A DNA stretch of 64,000 nt from positions 28,999 through 92,998 of the IMG/VR virus record IMGVR_UViG_3300025429_000009, one strand, 5' to 3'. Every line of letters begins with the position of its first letter. Within the stretch, counting starts at the first letter, position 1. The notes beneath the pieces are model-generated. The model did no database searches and had not been told where the DNA came from. It saw only the letters and a program-made list of their open reading frames with translations. This stretch comes from a virus. Its lineage: Duplodnaviria > Caudoviricetes. A program made the position numbers and the translations under genes. Below are positions 48,659-57,915 of the stretch, one piece after another.

Positions 48659-48890
48659 CTTTAACGAGCGTTATGCTAAAGAAAAGAAAGACCACTACCA
48701 ATACATCAAGGAACGTGATGGTAAGTGGGTCATTCTACAGAAGGGTACCGGTAAGGTGCTCTCTCACCACGACACGCGTGAGAAGGCTATTGAAGCATTC
48801 AAGGCTATGATGGCACACAAGCACGGTAATGTTAGCTTAGATCCAAACGACTGGCGCAACGAGTACTTTAATCTAGACGCAGATTGGTAA
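48651..48890 (+). CDS. Small protein with RYA leader
   Basis: MTSFNERYAKEKK...GKWVI..K.TGKVLS.HDTREKA. Confidence 0.7.
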   Translation: MTSFNERYAKEKKDHYQYIKERDGKWVILQKGTGKVLSHHDTREKAIEAFKAMMAHKHGNVSLDPNDWRNEYFNLDADW

Positions 48891-48893
48891 ACT

Positions 48894-49235
48894 ATGGATT
48901 GGCAACGCCGTTACGCAATGAATGAAGATGAGTTCACTAAAGCCATGGGCTATTATTGCAACGTCGGCAACCACTATGTCAATAAAGAACCTGTATGTGA
49001 TACAGAGGGATGTAAGTGGATAGGTTACCCAGAAGCAGAATTGCTTCTTGGTGATGTAGGCGGTAACATAGAAGGCATTGGGAATAACGATCACTCTCCA
49101 CTATGTCAGTTCGCTTGTAATGATCACAGATACATTAAGTGCGAAAGATGTGGTGAGGTTACGAACCCAACATACTTTAGAGGTACTAAACTAAAAAAAT
49201 GCAGAGACTGTCGTCGTGCATTGGGCGAAAGGTAA
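48894..49235 (+). CDS. Cys-rich protein with RYA leader
   Basis: MDWQRRYA; CERC...CRDC. Confidence 0.65.
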   Translation: MDWQRRYAMNEDEFTKAMGYYCNVGNHYVNKEPVCDTEGCKWIGYPEAELLLGDVGGNIEGIGNNDHSPLCQFACNDHRYIKCERCGEVTNPTYFRGTKLKKCRDCRRALGER

Positions 49236-49241
49236 TAAACC

Positions 49242-51239
49242 TTGCCTAAGATTACTAAAAATAGTAATGCTAATATCCTTAAGGGGCAGCAGGACTTCTT
49301 TGAGATTGCAAAGAAATCTCTCAAAGAGAATCCTGAGCTGCCCGATATTGTCACGTTCGCAGAACACCCAGACTTCTTAGGTCGTCGCTTGTATCCACGG
49401 CAGAAGACATTGCTTCGTCTTATCTGCCTGGAAACAGAGCACATGACAGACTACGACTACGAAGTTATCGATGAGTGGACAAAGAACTTTGATAGAAATA
49501 GCAATGCTATTGGTGTATCTCCAGACATCCTGCAACGTGTTGAGTATCTAAAAGCTAACGGTTACAAGCACTTCCGCGAAGTAATTAACATCACCGGTCG
49601 TCGTGGTGGTAAGGGCCACATCGGCGGTATCATTGGTGCATATATTAACTGGGGACTTATCATGCTTGATGATCCACAGTGGTACTACGGTATCGACAAG
49701 TCTAAGGACATGTATATGTTCTGTGTGGCCACGAACATCCAGCAGGCCAAGCAGTTCCAGTTTGCTGACTTAGCTAACACGATCATTGACGCCCCGTGCT
49801 TCCAACCATATATTGCTGACGCTAAAGAACACTTCCTTGCACTACGTACACCTGCTGACGTGCGCCGCATCGCCGCATTCGAAGCCAGAGGTGTACGCCC
49901 TAGCCGTTTGATAGCTAGTGTTAGAAACATGGCAGTAACTAGTAACTCTAAGGCATCCCGTGGTGCTGCCGCTTTCGGCGTTATGTTTGACGAGTTCGCA
50001 CACATGTTGGCCGGTACCGGTGGTGCCAGAACATCTGAAGAAGTATATAACGCTATTACTCCTGCGCTTGACCAGTTTGCAAAGGACGGGTTTATCTACG
50101 TGCCTACGTCACCGTTTACCAAGGTTGGTAAGGCATTCAATCTCTACGAGTCTGCGCTAGAGAATAATGAGGATGGCACCCCTGCATATCCTAATATGAT
50201 GATGGCACAGCTACCATCGTGGGGGCCTTATGAGGACTGGGATAACCCACGTGCCACTGGTGGTTTTAACTTCCGTGCTGCCCCACAGACATACGATGAA
50301 GCTATGAAGCTGCTGGAGAGACGTGAACCAGATGCATTTAGAGTTGAGCGTCTCAGTCAATGGGCTGAAGTTACTGACGCTTACCTCAACCCCAAGATGG
50401 TTGAGCGTATGTTTGAACCATTCACTGATGCAAATGGTGAACTGCGTGAGCTGGAAGAACAAACCGAGGGTAGATTTAGTATCGTTTACCAGGGGCACTG
50501 TGACCCCTCTAAGTCTGGTGCTAACACGGCAGCAATGATTGGTCACGTAGAAAAGATATCTGACCCTGAAGACGGTGAAGAATGGTACCACGTCATCATT
50601 GACTGGATCAAGGTGTGGAACCCTGATAACTATGATGAAGGCCAGATTGACTATGAAGAGATCGAAGAAGAGCTGGTAGATACTCTCTGTAAGTTTAGAA
50701 CAACTAAGGTATTTTCGTTTGACCAGTACGGTGCGTTCGTTACTCTGCCACGTTTGAAGAAGCGTTTGTTAATGGTGAACCCACCGCACAAGGTAAAGAT
50801 CCGCGAAGAGAAGTTCACCAGAGAGAGCAACAACAGAAGAGCTGAGCGTTTCAAGTCGGCGCTCGGTATGAATTGGGTGCACTCGTACCGTGACGTGTAC
50901 GGCCCGGACGGAACTAGCTTGTTGGAACAAGAACTTAAGTTCTTGCAGGAAGTAAATGGCAAGGTAGATAAGCAGAAGTTTGGTCCGATCAGAACGTCAG
51001 ACGTTTCTGACTGCCTTATGGTTATTGTAGACCAGTTGCTAGAAGATAACTTTATTAAGCTAGAAATGCGCGAGCGTTTGAGTAACACAGAACTATACCC
51101 AGGCGCACAGGGTGGATACCACACGCAAAAGGGTGGCAACGAACCTGTTACTGCTCGAGACCGTCTGAGAGTATTTGGTGCTCAACGTTCACAAAGAGAT
51201 TACGGGGGTATGTCCCGTGGAAAACCAGGTAGACGATGA
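49242..51239 (+). CDS. terL: Terminase large subunit
   Basis: LYPRQ, Walker A GRRGGKG, ATNIQQA, FDEFAH, TSP; nuclease HCDPS, FDQY, SDVSD; TTG start. Confidence 0.92.
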   Translation: MPKITKNSNANILKGQQDFFEIAKKSLKENPELPDIVTFAEHPDFLGRRLYPRQKTLLRLICLETEHMTDYDYEVIDEWTKNFDRNSNAIGVSPDILQRVEYLKANGYKHFREVINITGRRGGKGHIGGIIGAYINWGLIMLDDPQWYYGIDKSKDMYMFCVATNIQQAKQFQFADLANTIIDAPCFQPYIADAKEHFLALRTPADVRRIAAFEARGVRPSRLIASVRNMAVTSNSKASRGAAAFGVMFDEFAHMLAGTGGARTSEEVYNAITPALDQFAKDGFIYVPTSPFTKVGKAFNLYESALENNEDGTPAYPNMMMAQLPSWGPYEDWDNPRATGGFNFRAAPQTYDEAMKLLERREPDAFRVERLSQWAEVTDAYLNPKMVERMFEPFTDANGELRELEEQTEGRFSIVYQGHCDPSKSGANTAAMIGHVEKISDPEDGEEWYHVIIDWIKVWNPDNYDEGQIDYEEIEEELVDTLCKFRTTKVFSFDQYGAFVTLPRLKKRLLMVNPPHKVKIREEKFTRESNNRRAERFKSALGMNWVHSYRDVYGPDGTSLLEQELKFLQEVNGKVDKQKFGPIRTSDVSDCLMVIVDQLLEDNFIKLEMRERLSNTELYPGAQGGYHTQKGGNEPVTARDRLRVFGAQRSQRDYGGMSRGKPGRR

Positions 51240-52177
51240 ACTGGTCTATTAGATACGCTATTGATCAACAGAATGAATCAACCAGAGAGCCTGTGAATAA
51301 TACATTATCAGAACAAGATAAGTCTCAATTGCTTGAGATGGGTACAGACTTAAACAGTAAAGTTCATAAGTTTACTTCAACTAAGGCAACTGCTAGACCT
51401 AAACCCAATGCTTCTGATGAAGAATGGGCAAACCATTTAATGCCTGGTGGATTCCATAACTATATAAACCCAAATAAAGACTCTATTACTAGTGACAATC
51501 ATGAACTAGCATTACAACAGAGAGCAAAATATAGTATTTTGTTGAATGGAACATACGACCCTCAACATGGTTGGAGTAACCCTCAGCAAAATACAGCTGG
51601 TGCAAAGGTTTTATCTAGAATAGCTCGTTCTCAAACAACAGATGAAGTTTATGATACTCAACATAGTGATGAAGATAATGGTCCATTAGAAGATAGAGCC
51701 TTGCATTTTCTAACCAATAATGCTCCTAAAGAGAATGTCCCCGAACTACACAGAGGAATTTCTTTTAGAGGGTCAAAAGATGACTTGTTAAAAAAATTTG
51801 CAGTTGGTAGTGAATTTACTGACCAGCATAGGTCATATAGTGCCGATAAAGAATACACTAAATCTTGGGCTATTTACGATCCTATGACATCGGGAGCACC
51901 AGACTCAGTCCGCTCAGGTAATATACCAGTAGTGTTTCACACCCCAGCTAAAACACAGGCCGTACAAGTATCAACATTGCCTAGTGCAGTTCATGAACAT
52001 TTTAATCATTCAATTGCTCAAGAATATATTCATTCTCCCGGTAAATTTAGAGTAAAAAAACATGAAATTGATAATGATGGTGTTCATCATATACATATTG
52101 AACAAACTCAAGTTGGTGGAGTAAGACAAGAAATGCCTCAAGAACAGCAAAAAATTTATGATGTAGGAAGGGCATAA
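51236..52177 (+). CDS. ADP-ribosyltransferase (R-S-E clade, Alt/ModA/VIP2-like) with RYA leader
   Basis: LHRGI, VG..F, RSYSA, QEYI..PGKFRVK. Confidence 0.75.
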   Translation: MNWSIRYAIDQQNESTREPVNNTLSEQDKSQLLEMGTDLNSKVHKFTSTKATARPKPNASDEEWANHLMPGGFHNYINPNKDSITSDNHELALQQRAKYSILLNGTYDPQHGWSNPQQNTAGAKVLSRIARSQTTDEVYDTQHSDEDNGPLEDRALHFLTNNAPKENVPELHRGISFRGSKDDLLKKFAVGSEFTDQHRSYSADKEYTKSWAIYDPMTSGAPDSVRSGNIPVVFHTPAKTQAVQVSTLPSAVHEHFNHSIAQEYIHSPGKFRVKKHEIDNDGVHHIHIEQTQVGGVRQEMPQEQQKIYDVGRA

Positions 52178-53211
52178 TGAAAAAAATGTTAGAGAAAATG
52201 AAGAATCAATGGGCACCAATAGTGACTGCTGATAACTTTTACGATAAAAAGATAGCGTCGTCTAATATAAATTGGTCTATTAGATACTCAGCAGATAGAA
52301 GAAGCTTGCAAGAGATTAGCGAAGCACTGCCCGAAGACTGGCAGATAGTTGCGCACGGTAGAGCCAGCAATACACACTGGTTTACCAGAGATTTTGAAAA
52401 CATTATTCAAGATCGCATTATGGATGGCGTTATTCTAAAAGACGTTAGCCCTATCACTAGACCTGACGTAGTTAAGTTATATAATCACAAGACGGGTAAC
52501 AGCGCGTTGGTGTACGCCCACCCGCAAAGAATACACACAGATAATTTTGTAAACACTGCGTGGAGCGAAGATTATTGGAACTTCAAACACCACAAAGATG
52601 TAATTAATGATATGTTAACTACATTAGATCGACCAGAGCTGAAAGCTGGTAAGACACCACATGTACTTAACCTAGTTAGAAACACACATCCAGACGCAAT
52701 AACGAATTACTCAGCGAATAGCGGTGTATTAGCATGGACAATGAACGATCAATCACCAGATGTTTTTATCCCAGCGCCATCAAAGTTTACTAGTGAAGCA
52801 ATAGATAGAAGAAGAAAAAATACTTATGATCTATCAAGCAATAAGAGCCACTTTGTCAACAGAGACACAGTAATTAATCACCTCATTCACGAGATTGGCC
52901 ACAAGCACATGGTTAAGAATGATTTAGCTATGCAATTCTTAAGACTACAACGTGTTTTTGCTACAAAAATTAAAGGTTATACACCAACTAGCAATTCTGA
53001 ACATAACGTTGCAATGTATAATAAAATAACAGCGCCAAGTGCATACGCTGAAAAAAATTTCGCTGAGAACTACGCAGAAAGTTATGCGCAGTGGCACGGC
53101 CCAGAACCTAAGCCAACACCATTCGTATTGTACGCAGGTAAAAGACTAGGCTGGACTATCACGCCTAAGATTAAAGATTACGCCAGTAAAATTGGATTTA
53201 ATTTAGATTAA
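52177..53211 (+). CDS. Zincin metallopeptidase (lethal-factor/MPTase-like)
   Basis: HEIGH...SAYA..NFAENYAESY; internal NWSIRYS leader. Confidence 0.78.
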   Translation: MKKMLEKMKNQWAPIVTADNFYDKKIASSNINWSIRYSADRRSLQEISEALPEDWQIVAHGRASNTHWFTRDFENIIQDRIMDGVILKDVSPITRPDVVKLYNHKTGNSALVYAHPQRIHTDNFVNTAWSEDYWNFKHHKDVINDMLTTLDRPELKAGKTPHVLNLVRNTHPDAITNYSANSGVLAWTMNDQSPDVFIPAPSKFTSEAIDRRRKNTYDLSSNKSHFVNRDTVINHLIHEIGHKHMVKNDLAMQFLRLQRVFATKIKGYTPTSNSEHNVAMYNKITAPSAYAEKNFAENYAESYAQWHGPEPKPTPFVLYAGKRLGWTITPKIKDYASKIGFNLD

Positions 53212-53466
53212 GTCGTCGTTGACTTCTTTAATAGCAGTTAATTGCTCAATGGCGCGCTCGAGCAAGCCAACCATGTTTACTTTTTCTTCCAAGTAATAAA
53301 TAACCTGATCAAAGGTCATATTCATTTGCTCACACAGTATGTCAGCTGCAGCTTGTAGCATGGTAGCATAGTAATCAATGACAGTATCTACTGCCTCGAT
53401 CCCGGCCTCGGCAGCTATCATGCTCATCTCGAGGTCGTTGTTTAATTCATTAAATAATTCATCCAT
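53203..53466 (-). CDS. Hypothetical protein
   Basis: AAGGA RBS; converges on and overlaps the peptidase stop. Confidence 0.65.
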   Translation of the reverse strand: MDELFNELNNDLEMSMIAAEAGIEAVDTVIDYYATMLQAAADILCEQMNMTFDQVIYYLEEKVNMVGLLERAIEQLTAIKEVNDDLI

Positions 53467-53474
53467 TATTTTCC

Positions 53475-53669
53475 TTAGTTAAGTAAAGCGTGTACGGTGA
53501 TGCACCAATATTGTTCTCCTGTTATTGCCTCCCACATTGCTATGTTTTCATGTTTCTTCCACTCTGCGCCAGGTACGGCAGCCTTAGCTTTATCTAAGCT
53601 AGCATAGAGACCTGAGATCTCCATACTATTGTAGCTAGTGTCATAGAGCAATGCATAAACTAATTCCAT
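53475..53669 (-). CDS. Hypothetical protein
   Basis: VYAL...GLYASLDKAKA. Confidence 0.6.
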   Translation of the reverse strand: MELVYALLYDTSYNSMEISGLYASLDKAKAAVPGAEWKKHENIAMWEAITGEQYWCITVHALLN

Positions 53670-54334
53670 TATCTATCAATCCCTGTTTGGCCGATGTTAG
53701 CTTGACTAGCACTGTGTATACCAGCTTGGAAGCCAGAAGTAGAAGCCAAAGAACGCTTGCTTTGAGGCTTGCGGTCGATAGATTGGAAGTACTGCTCGAC
53801 AGCATGCTGCTTGTTGGCGACTACAAGCTCGACAGACTTGTTATGCGTTTCTTTAATGACTTTAGACTTAGACTCTCTAAGTCGGTCACCAATACCGATA
53901 GCATAACCGCCGAAGAAGCTCTTGACCCAAGTCTTATTAGTAGCATACTCGTTATGCTCTTCGAGAGCGTTACGCATCTGAGACACCATGTCGAGCGACA
54001 GCATACCGTACAGAGCAGTAACTATCTTGATGTCGCTATCGAAGCCATACAGCATAACGTAACCGTCGCCGCGCAATACTTTACAGAAGTTATGCTTGGC
54101 AATATAGTTAAGCAAGATAGCTTTGTCGATAGCCCATGGGCCGGGGTTATCTATACGCATAGATACAACACCACCAGTGCCAGTGTGCTGATTGATCTGA
54201 GCTTCCTCGATCTGATACTTAGTGATTAACTCTTGAGCCATACGTTGAGCGTTCTCTGCTTCGCCACCAACACCTTGGTCAGCTAGACGCAAAAGCTTCT
54301 CAACCTTCTCAATTACATCGGATAACTTACTCAT
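53669..54334 (-). CDS. DUF2786-domain protein
   Basis: IEKVEKLLRLA...EAENA.RMAQELITKYQI; SF..GY; AAAGGAGG RBS. Confidence 0.8.
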   Translation of the reverse strand: MSKLSDVIEKVEKLLRLADQGVGGEAENAQRMAQELITKYQIEEAQINQHTGTGGVVSMRIDNPGPWAIDKAILLNYIAKHNFCKVLRGDGYVMLYGFDSDIKIVTALYGMLSLDMVSQMRNALEEHNEYATNKTWVKSFFGGYAIGIGDRLRESKSKVIKETHNKSVELVVANKQHAVEQYFQSIDRKPQSKRSLASTSGFQAGIHSASQANIGQTGIDR

Positions 54335-54376
54335 ATGTTCCTCCTTTATGAGATAAGTATACTACACGGCGGGGCA

Positions 54377-54529
54377 TTATTCCTCCTTCATCAAATACAA
54401 TACCTCCTTTAACTGATATTCAATGCTAATTAATGATTGATTCATTTGTTCTAAACAATTGGATACAGTTTGGGTATGCTGTTCTAGCACCTGCATCATA
54501 ATGTGCATCAGCTCATTGTTGGTTGCCAT
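54377..54529 (-). CDS. Small hypothetical protein (50 aa)
   Basis: AGGAGGT RBS; MATNNELMHIMMQVLEQH... Confidence 0.55.
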   Translation of the reverse strand: MATNNELMHIMMQVLEQHTQTVSNCLEQMNQSLISIEYQLKEVLYLMKEE

Positions 54530-54540
54530 AATGTGACCTC

Positions 54541-54786
54541 CTAGTTAAGTGTTTCGGATAGTTCGTTCATTAGGATATAGTAGTTCTCCATTTGCTCGTT
54601 CATAGCAATCAATGCTTGTTGGTACATTGCCAACGACGACTCGTATATTTCTGGGTCAAGAATACCCTTATACGAATCGTATATTTGGAAGCCCTCTAAG
54701 ATATTGTCTAAGTGCTCGCCAACCTCAACTAGTTTGTTAAGGATCTGGTTAGCCTGGTGAATACGGACTTCACTGCTCATGTGCAT
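54541..54786 (-). CDS. Hypothetical protein
   Basis: 81 aa helical ORF. Confidence 0.6.
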   Translation of the reverse strand: MHMSSEVRIHQANQILNKLVEVGEHLDNILEGFQIYDSYKGILDPEIYESSLAMYQQALIAMNEQMENYYILMNELSETLN

Positions 54787-55047
54787 ATGTTGCCTTCGTG
54801 TTGCTTAGTTACTTACTGCATGTAAAACGATCGCACTTCGTCGATCTTGCTGATTAGATCAGTCTTGATTGATTCTTCCATGTCCTGTTCATCAATAGCT
54901 GACATTACGTCATCCATGATATCAGTAACAAGGGCATCATAATGCGGACGCATCAATTCGCTAAGACGCTCTAATTGTTCATTTGAATAGTTGATAATTC
55001 ACCTCCCTTCAATTTCATGTAATACTAGGTGTTTGTAATGTGAGGAG

Positions 55048-55200
55048 TTAGTTTTTCTTACGCAAGTGGTCGATCTCCATTGCGAAGATTGTAGCTGCGA
55101 AACTTACTCCTGCCGCCAAGCCGTTCCACCAAATGTGGTGTGCCAACGCAAGGTAAAGGTTGAGCGCGAACGCAACGGCATTCATGATTACATACTTCAT
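55048..55200 (-). CDS. Small membrane protein (50 aa)
   Basis: AAGAG RBS; two hydrophobic helices. Confidence 0.55.
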   Translation of the reverse strand: MKYVIMNAVAFALNLYLALAHHIWWNGLAAGVSFAATIFAMEIDHLRKKN

Positions 55201-55209
55201 ATTATCTCC

Positions 55210-55443
55210 TTAATTAATAAGCTCTTTGAGCTTATCCATGTCTACTCCCAAACGTGCAAGCTCTGATAACTGCTTGTCTACGTGGAAGTTCTTTGTGCTA
55301 AGCGTGGAACTCCCGAGCGGGCACTTAACAATGATATGAGCACCATTGCTACGCATGTCTAAGCCGTAGCGGGACAATGCCCTGACGAGACGTTGCGTCT
55401 CCTTATTCTTGATACGTCGAAGACTTCTCTCCGTAAGCTTCAT
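55210..55443 (-). CDS. HicA-like dsRBD-fold protein
   Basis: LVRALSRYG...SNGAHIIVKCP...L.ELARLG. Confidence 0.55.
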   Translation of the reverse strand: MKLTERSLRRIKNKETQRLVRALSRYGLDMRSNGAHIIVKCPLGSSTLSTKNFHVDKQLSELARLGVDMDKLKELIN

Positions 55444-55444
55444 G

Positions 55445-55675
55445 TTATTCCTCCTTCATTCCGGTTACACTGTAACCTTTTTCTACTACAAACCAGTCGT
55501 CATTCCATCCGTCTACCCAGTCCGGACTTGATTCGTCTGGCTCAGGGTAGTTGGTGTACAACCAGTCCCACCCTTCCTCGAACGAATCGAACTCGATACC
55601 ATCGAACAGGATGTTGTTCATCCAGTCACGGATAATGAACTTCTTCCGTGGCTTTTTTCTTACTGCCGTTGCCAT
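55445..55675 (-). CDS. Hypothetical protein
   Basis: IRDWMNN.LF...FDSFEEGWDWL. Confidence 0.65.
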   Translation of the reverse strand: MATAVRKKPRKKFIIRDWMNNILFDGIEFDSFEEGWDWLYTNYPEPDESSPDWVDGWNDDWFVVEKGYSVTGMKEE

Positions 55676-55801
55676 TATTCTTCCTCCAACATATCGATTA
55701 CTTCGTTGAGCTGGTCACACCGATCTAGCAAATTCTCAATCACTAGCATAGCTTCTATCATGTTTGTTGGCGGTGTAATACCATAATCACTTAATTGTAT
55801 T

Positions 55802-56041
55802 TTAGACATACTTTCTTACTTTCTTATACTTGAAACGTTGCTTGGGTGACATGCCACCATAAATACCAGTTTTGATACTGTTATCTAATGCATAGTCAAG
55901 GCAATCTTGTTTGACTTTACAAGCATTGCAGATTGCTAACGCTTTTTTAAGCTGTGGTGTTGTCTCTCCTAATTCTAGGAAAAAGATATTGATATCTTCA
56001 CCACGACAATTAGCTTGCTCACGCCACATTTCATTCTTCAT
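55802..56041 (-). CDS. whiB: WhiB-family transcription factor (second copy)
   Basis: WREQANC...FF...ICNACKVKQDCLDYAL...GIYGG. Confidence 0.92.
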   Translation of the reverse strand: MKNEMWREQANCRGEDINIFFLELGETTPQLKKALAICNACKVKQDCLDYALDNSIKTGIYGGMSPKQRFKYKKVRKYV

Positions 56042-56703
56042 ACTGTCTCCTTACTTTCTTCATCGTTTTCTTTGTCTGGTCTTGGACAATCTGAGAACCA
56101 GTCTTCTTCATCATTTATAAAAGCACAAATGCATTGATCTTCTTTATCCCTAACGGTATAGTCTGCATGACATCCAGGGATATCCCATGATTCAACTTCT
56201 GTTAGACAATCATCTTCGTATTGTACTATACCTCCCCATCCTTGTTCTTCCTCATAACACCATTGGAACTTAATAGTATCTAAATTATTTTTTTGGATGA
56301 CTTCAACAAGCCCATACATAATACCATCGGGTGCACTCCATGCTGTAGCGAATTTATAACCGATCTCATGTACTTTGTATTTGTCATCGTCGAGTGTAGA
56401 ATAATACATATCAGGGTCACTAGCTTCCCACTTAGTACCCCAGTTCCTGATGTTCCAATCGTACCAATGATTGCTTGGATGTTTAATCCGTTCTTCAAAG
56501 TCTTTGTACTCAGGCTGTGGACCATTGTATTCATCCCAGATATCTTCTTCTGGTGACCTCACACTATAGAAATTAAATACTTGATTCTGATGCACACCCT
56601 TAGCTAATTGAATAAGATGAGGCATGTCAAGCAGTTTCTTTAACTTGTACAAGTCATCTTCACTACCTGTAAAAGTTACGTCGTTATATACCCAATTAGG
56701 CAT
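56038..56703 (-). CDS. DUF1281/YubB ferredoxin-like protein
   Basis: MPNWVYN...WYDWNIRNWGTKW...FATAWSAP...YEEE. Confidence 0.8.
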   Translation of the reverse strand: MPNWVYNDVTFTGSEDDLYKLKKLLDMPHLIQLAKGVHQNQVFNFYSVRSPEEDIWDEYNGPQPEYKDFEERIKHPSNHWYDWNIRNWGTKWEASDPDMYYSTLDDDKYKVHEIGYKFATAWSAPDGIMYGLVEVIQKNNLDTIKFQWCYEEEQGWGGIVQYEDDCLTEVESWDIPGCHADYTVRDKEDQCICAFINDEEDWFSDCPRPDKENDEESKETV

Positions 56704-57082
56704 TGTTACCCTTCCTGTACTCGTTCATGGTCTGGAGACCACTATCTAATGCTACGAGGATTGTTGGAATGTCTTCCTCATCCAAGCCTAATGTATTGCC
56801 GTTAATGTCAACACCACCAGTGATGATGATGTCACCAGCAATAGCATCGGTCATACCGTATTCGTTAACCCACAACGCAGTGCCAAAGTGATTCCATTGG
56901 ATGTCGTTGATGAGTTTGCCTTCGTCATCAATCCACATCTCAGCATTGATGCTAGGTAGACGAACACAATCAAATGTGCCGCCACCAATGGCTTGCTTGA
57001 TAGTGTCATACGACTTTGACTTGTCAAACTCGATGATGTTGATGTCGTTACCTGAGGTAACTGTAATTGCATATGTCTGCAT
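56696..57082 (-). CDS. DUF3846-like protein
   Basis: IKQAIGG...MWIDDEGKL...N...D.IAGDIIITG. Confidence 0.78.
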   Translation of the reverse strand: MQTYAITVTSGNDINIIEFDKSKSYDTIKQAIGGGTFDCVRLPSINAEMWIDDEGKLINDIQWNHFGTALWVNEYGMTDAIAGDIIITGGVDINGNTLGLDEEDIPTILVALDSGLQTMNEYRKGNNA

Positions 57083-57216
57083 GATATCTCCTTACTGGAT
57101 AGGTTGAGTGGGCCCGTTGAGATTCAGGTGGAACCCATACCCAAGACCCCGTTTAATTATTAATGGTGTTAGGTCCCTCACCATGCACAAGCTTCAAACC
57201 TTGTGCTGCGTTGTTG

Positions 57217-57843
57217 TTATTCTGGCCAGGCCATTGGGACTTCAACCCCGTTGATATTAATTGTGGGAACTACTGGAGTTGATGCTTCTTCAATTCCCTT
57301 AATGATACTTGACAACTTAGACATGCTCTCAGAAGATACGTCAAAGCCTTCGTGTTCATCTTGATGAATTACTATGGTATCTTCATTGCCCAAGTCAATC
57401 TCAAAAGGCAGAGACTCAACGTGTGCTGCAACATCAAACTCTTCTACTGGTTCAGCAGTAGAGTTCTTAATCTTGTGAAAGTTGAAGTGCGTATAAGCAG
57501 GCATTGGATTGCCATAAGGATTCATGTATGTATCCTTAGAACGATTGAGCATCTGCTCTAGGAACCAAGCACGTGATGCATTAGTGTCAGTGAACATCGC
57601 GCATGCTTGGTTGACCATGTCCTGAATGAATGCTTTAGCTTCGACAGGATTGTCAAAACCAAACATACCAATGATGCGTTTGGCACGCTGCTGACCAGTC
57701 CAAACACAACGTACAGTGACTGTACATTCGCCTGGGCTGTTCAAACGGCTAACCGTGAACGCAACGTCAAGAACATCACCGGTTCGGTTAGACAACCAGT
57801 TCTTCTTGTCGGGTGTTGGAACCCATACCAGCTTGTTAGGCAT
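57217..57843 (-). CDS. Hypothetical protein (paralog of 58710-59129)
   Basis: GAAAGG RBS; shared motifs AKAFI / WFLEQM. Confidence 0.7.
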   Translation of the reverse strand: MPNKLVWVPTPDKKNWLSNRTGDVLDVAFTVSRLNSPGECTVTVRCVWTGQQRAKRIIGMFGFDNPVEAKAFIQDMVNQACAMFTDTNASRAWFLEQMLNRSKDTYMNPYGNPMPAYTHFNFHKIKNSTAEPVEEFDVAAHVESLPFEIDLGNEDTIVIHQDEHEGFDVSSESMSKLSSIIKGIEEASTPVVPTININGVEVPMAWPE

Positions 57844-57915
57844 GATATACCTTTCTTACTAACTGCCACTTATCCAGCGTGGTAGGCAGTGTGTACCCAC
57901 GCTTTCTCTTTGGAC

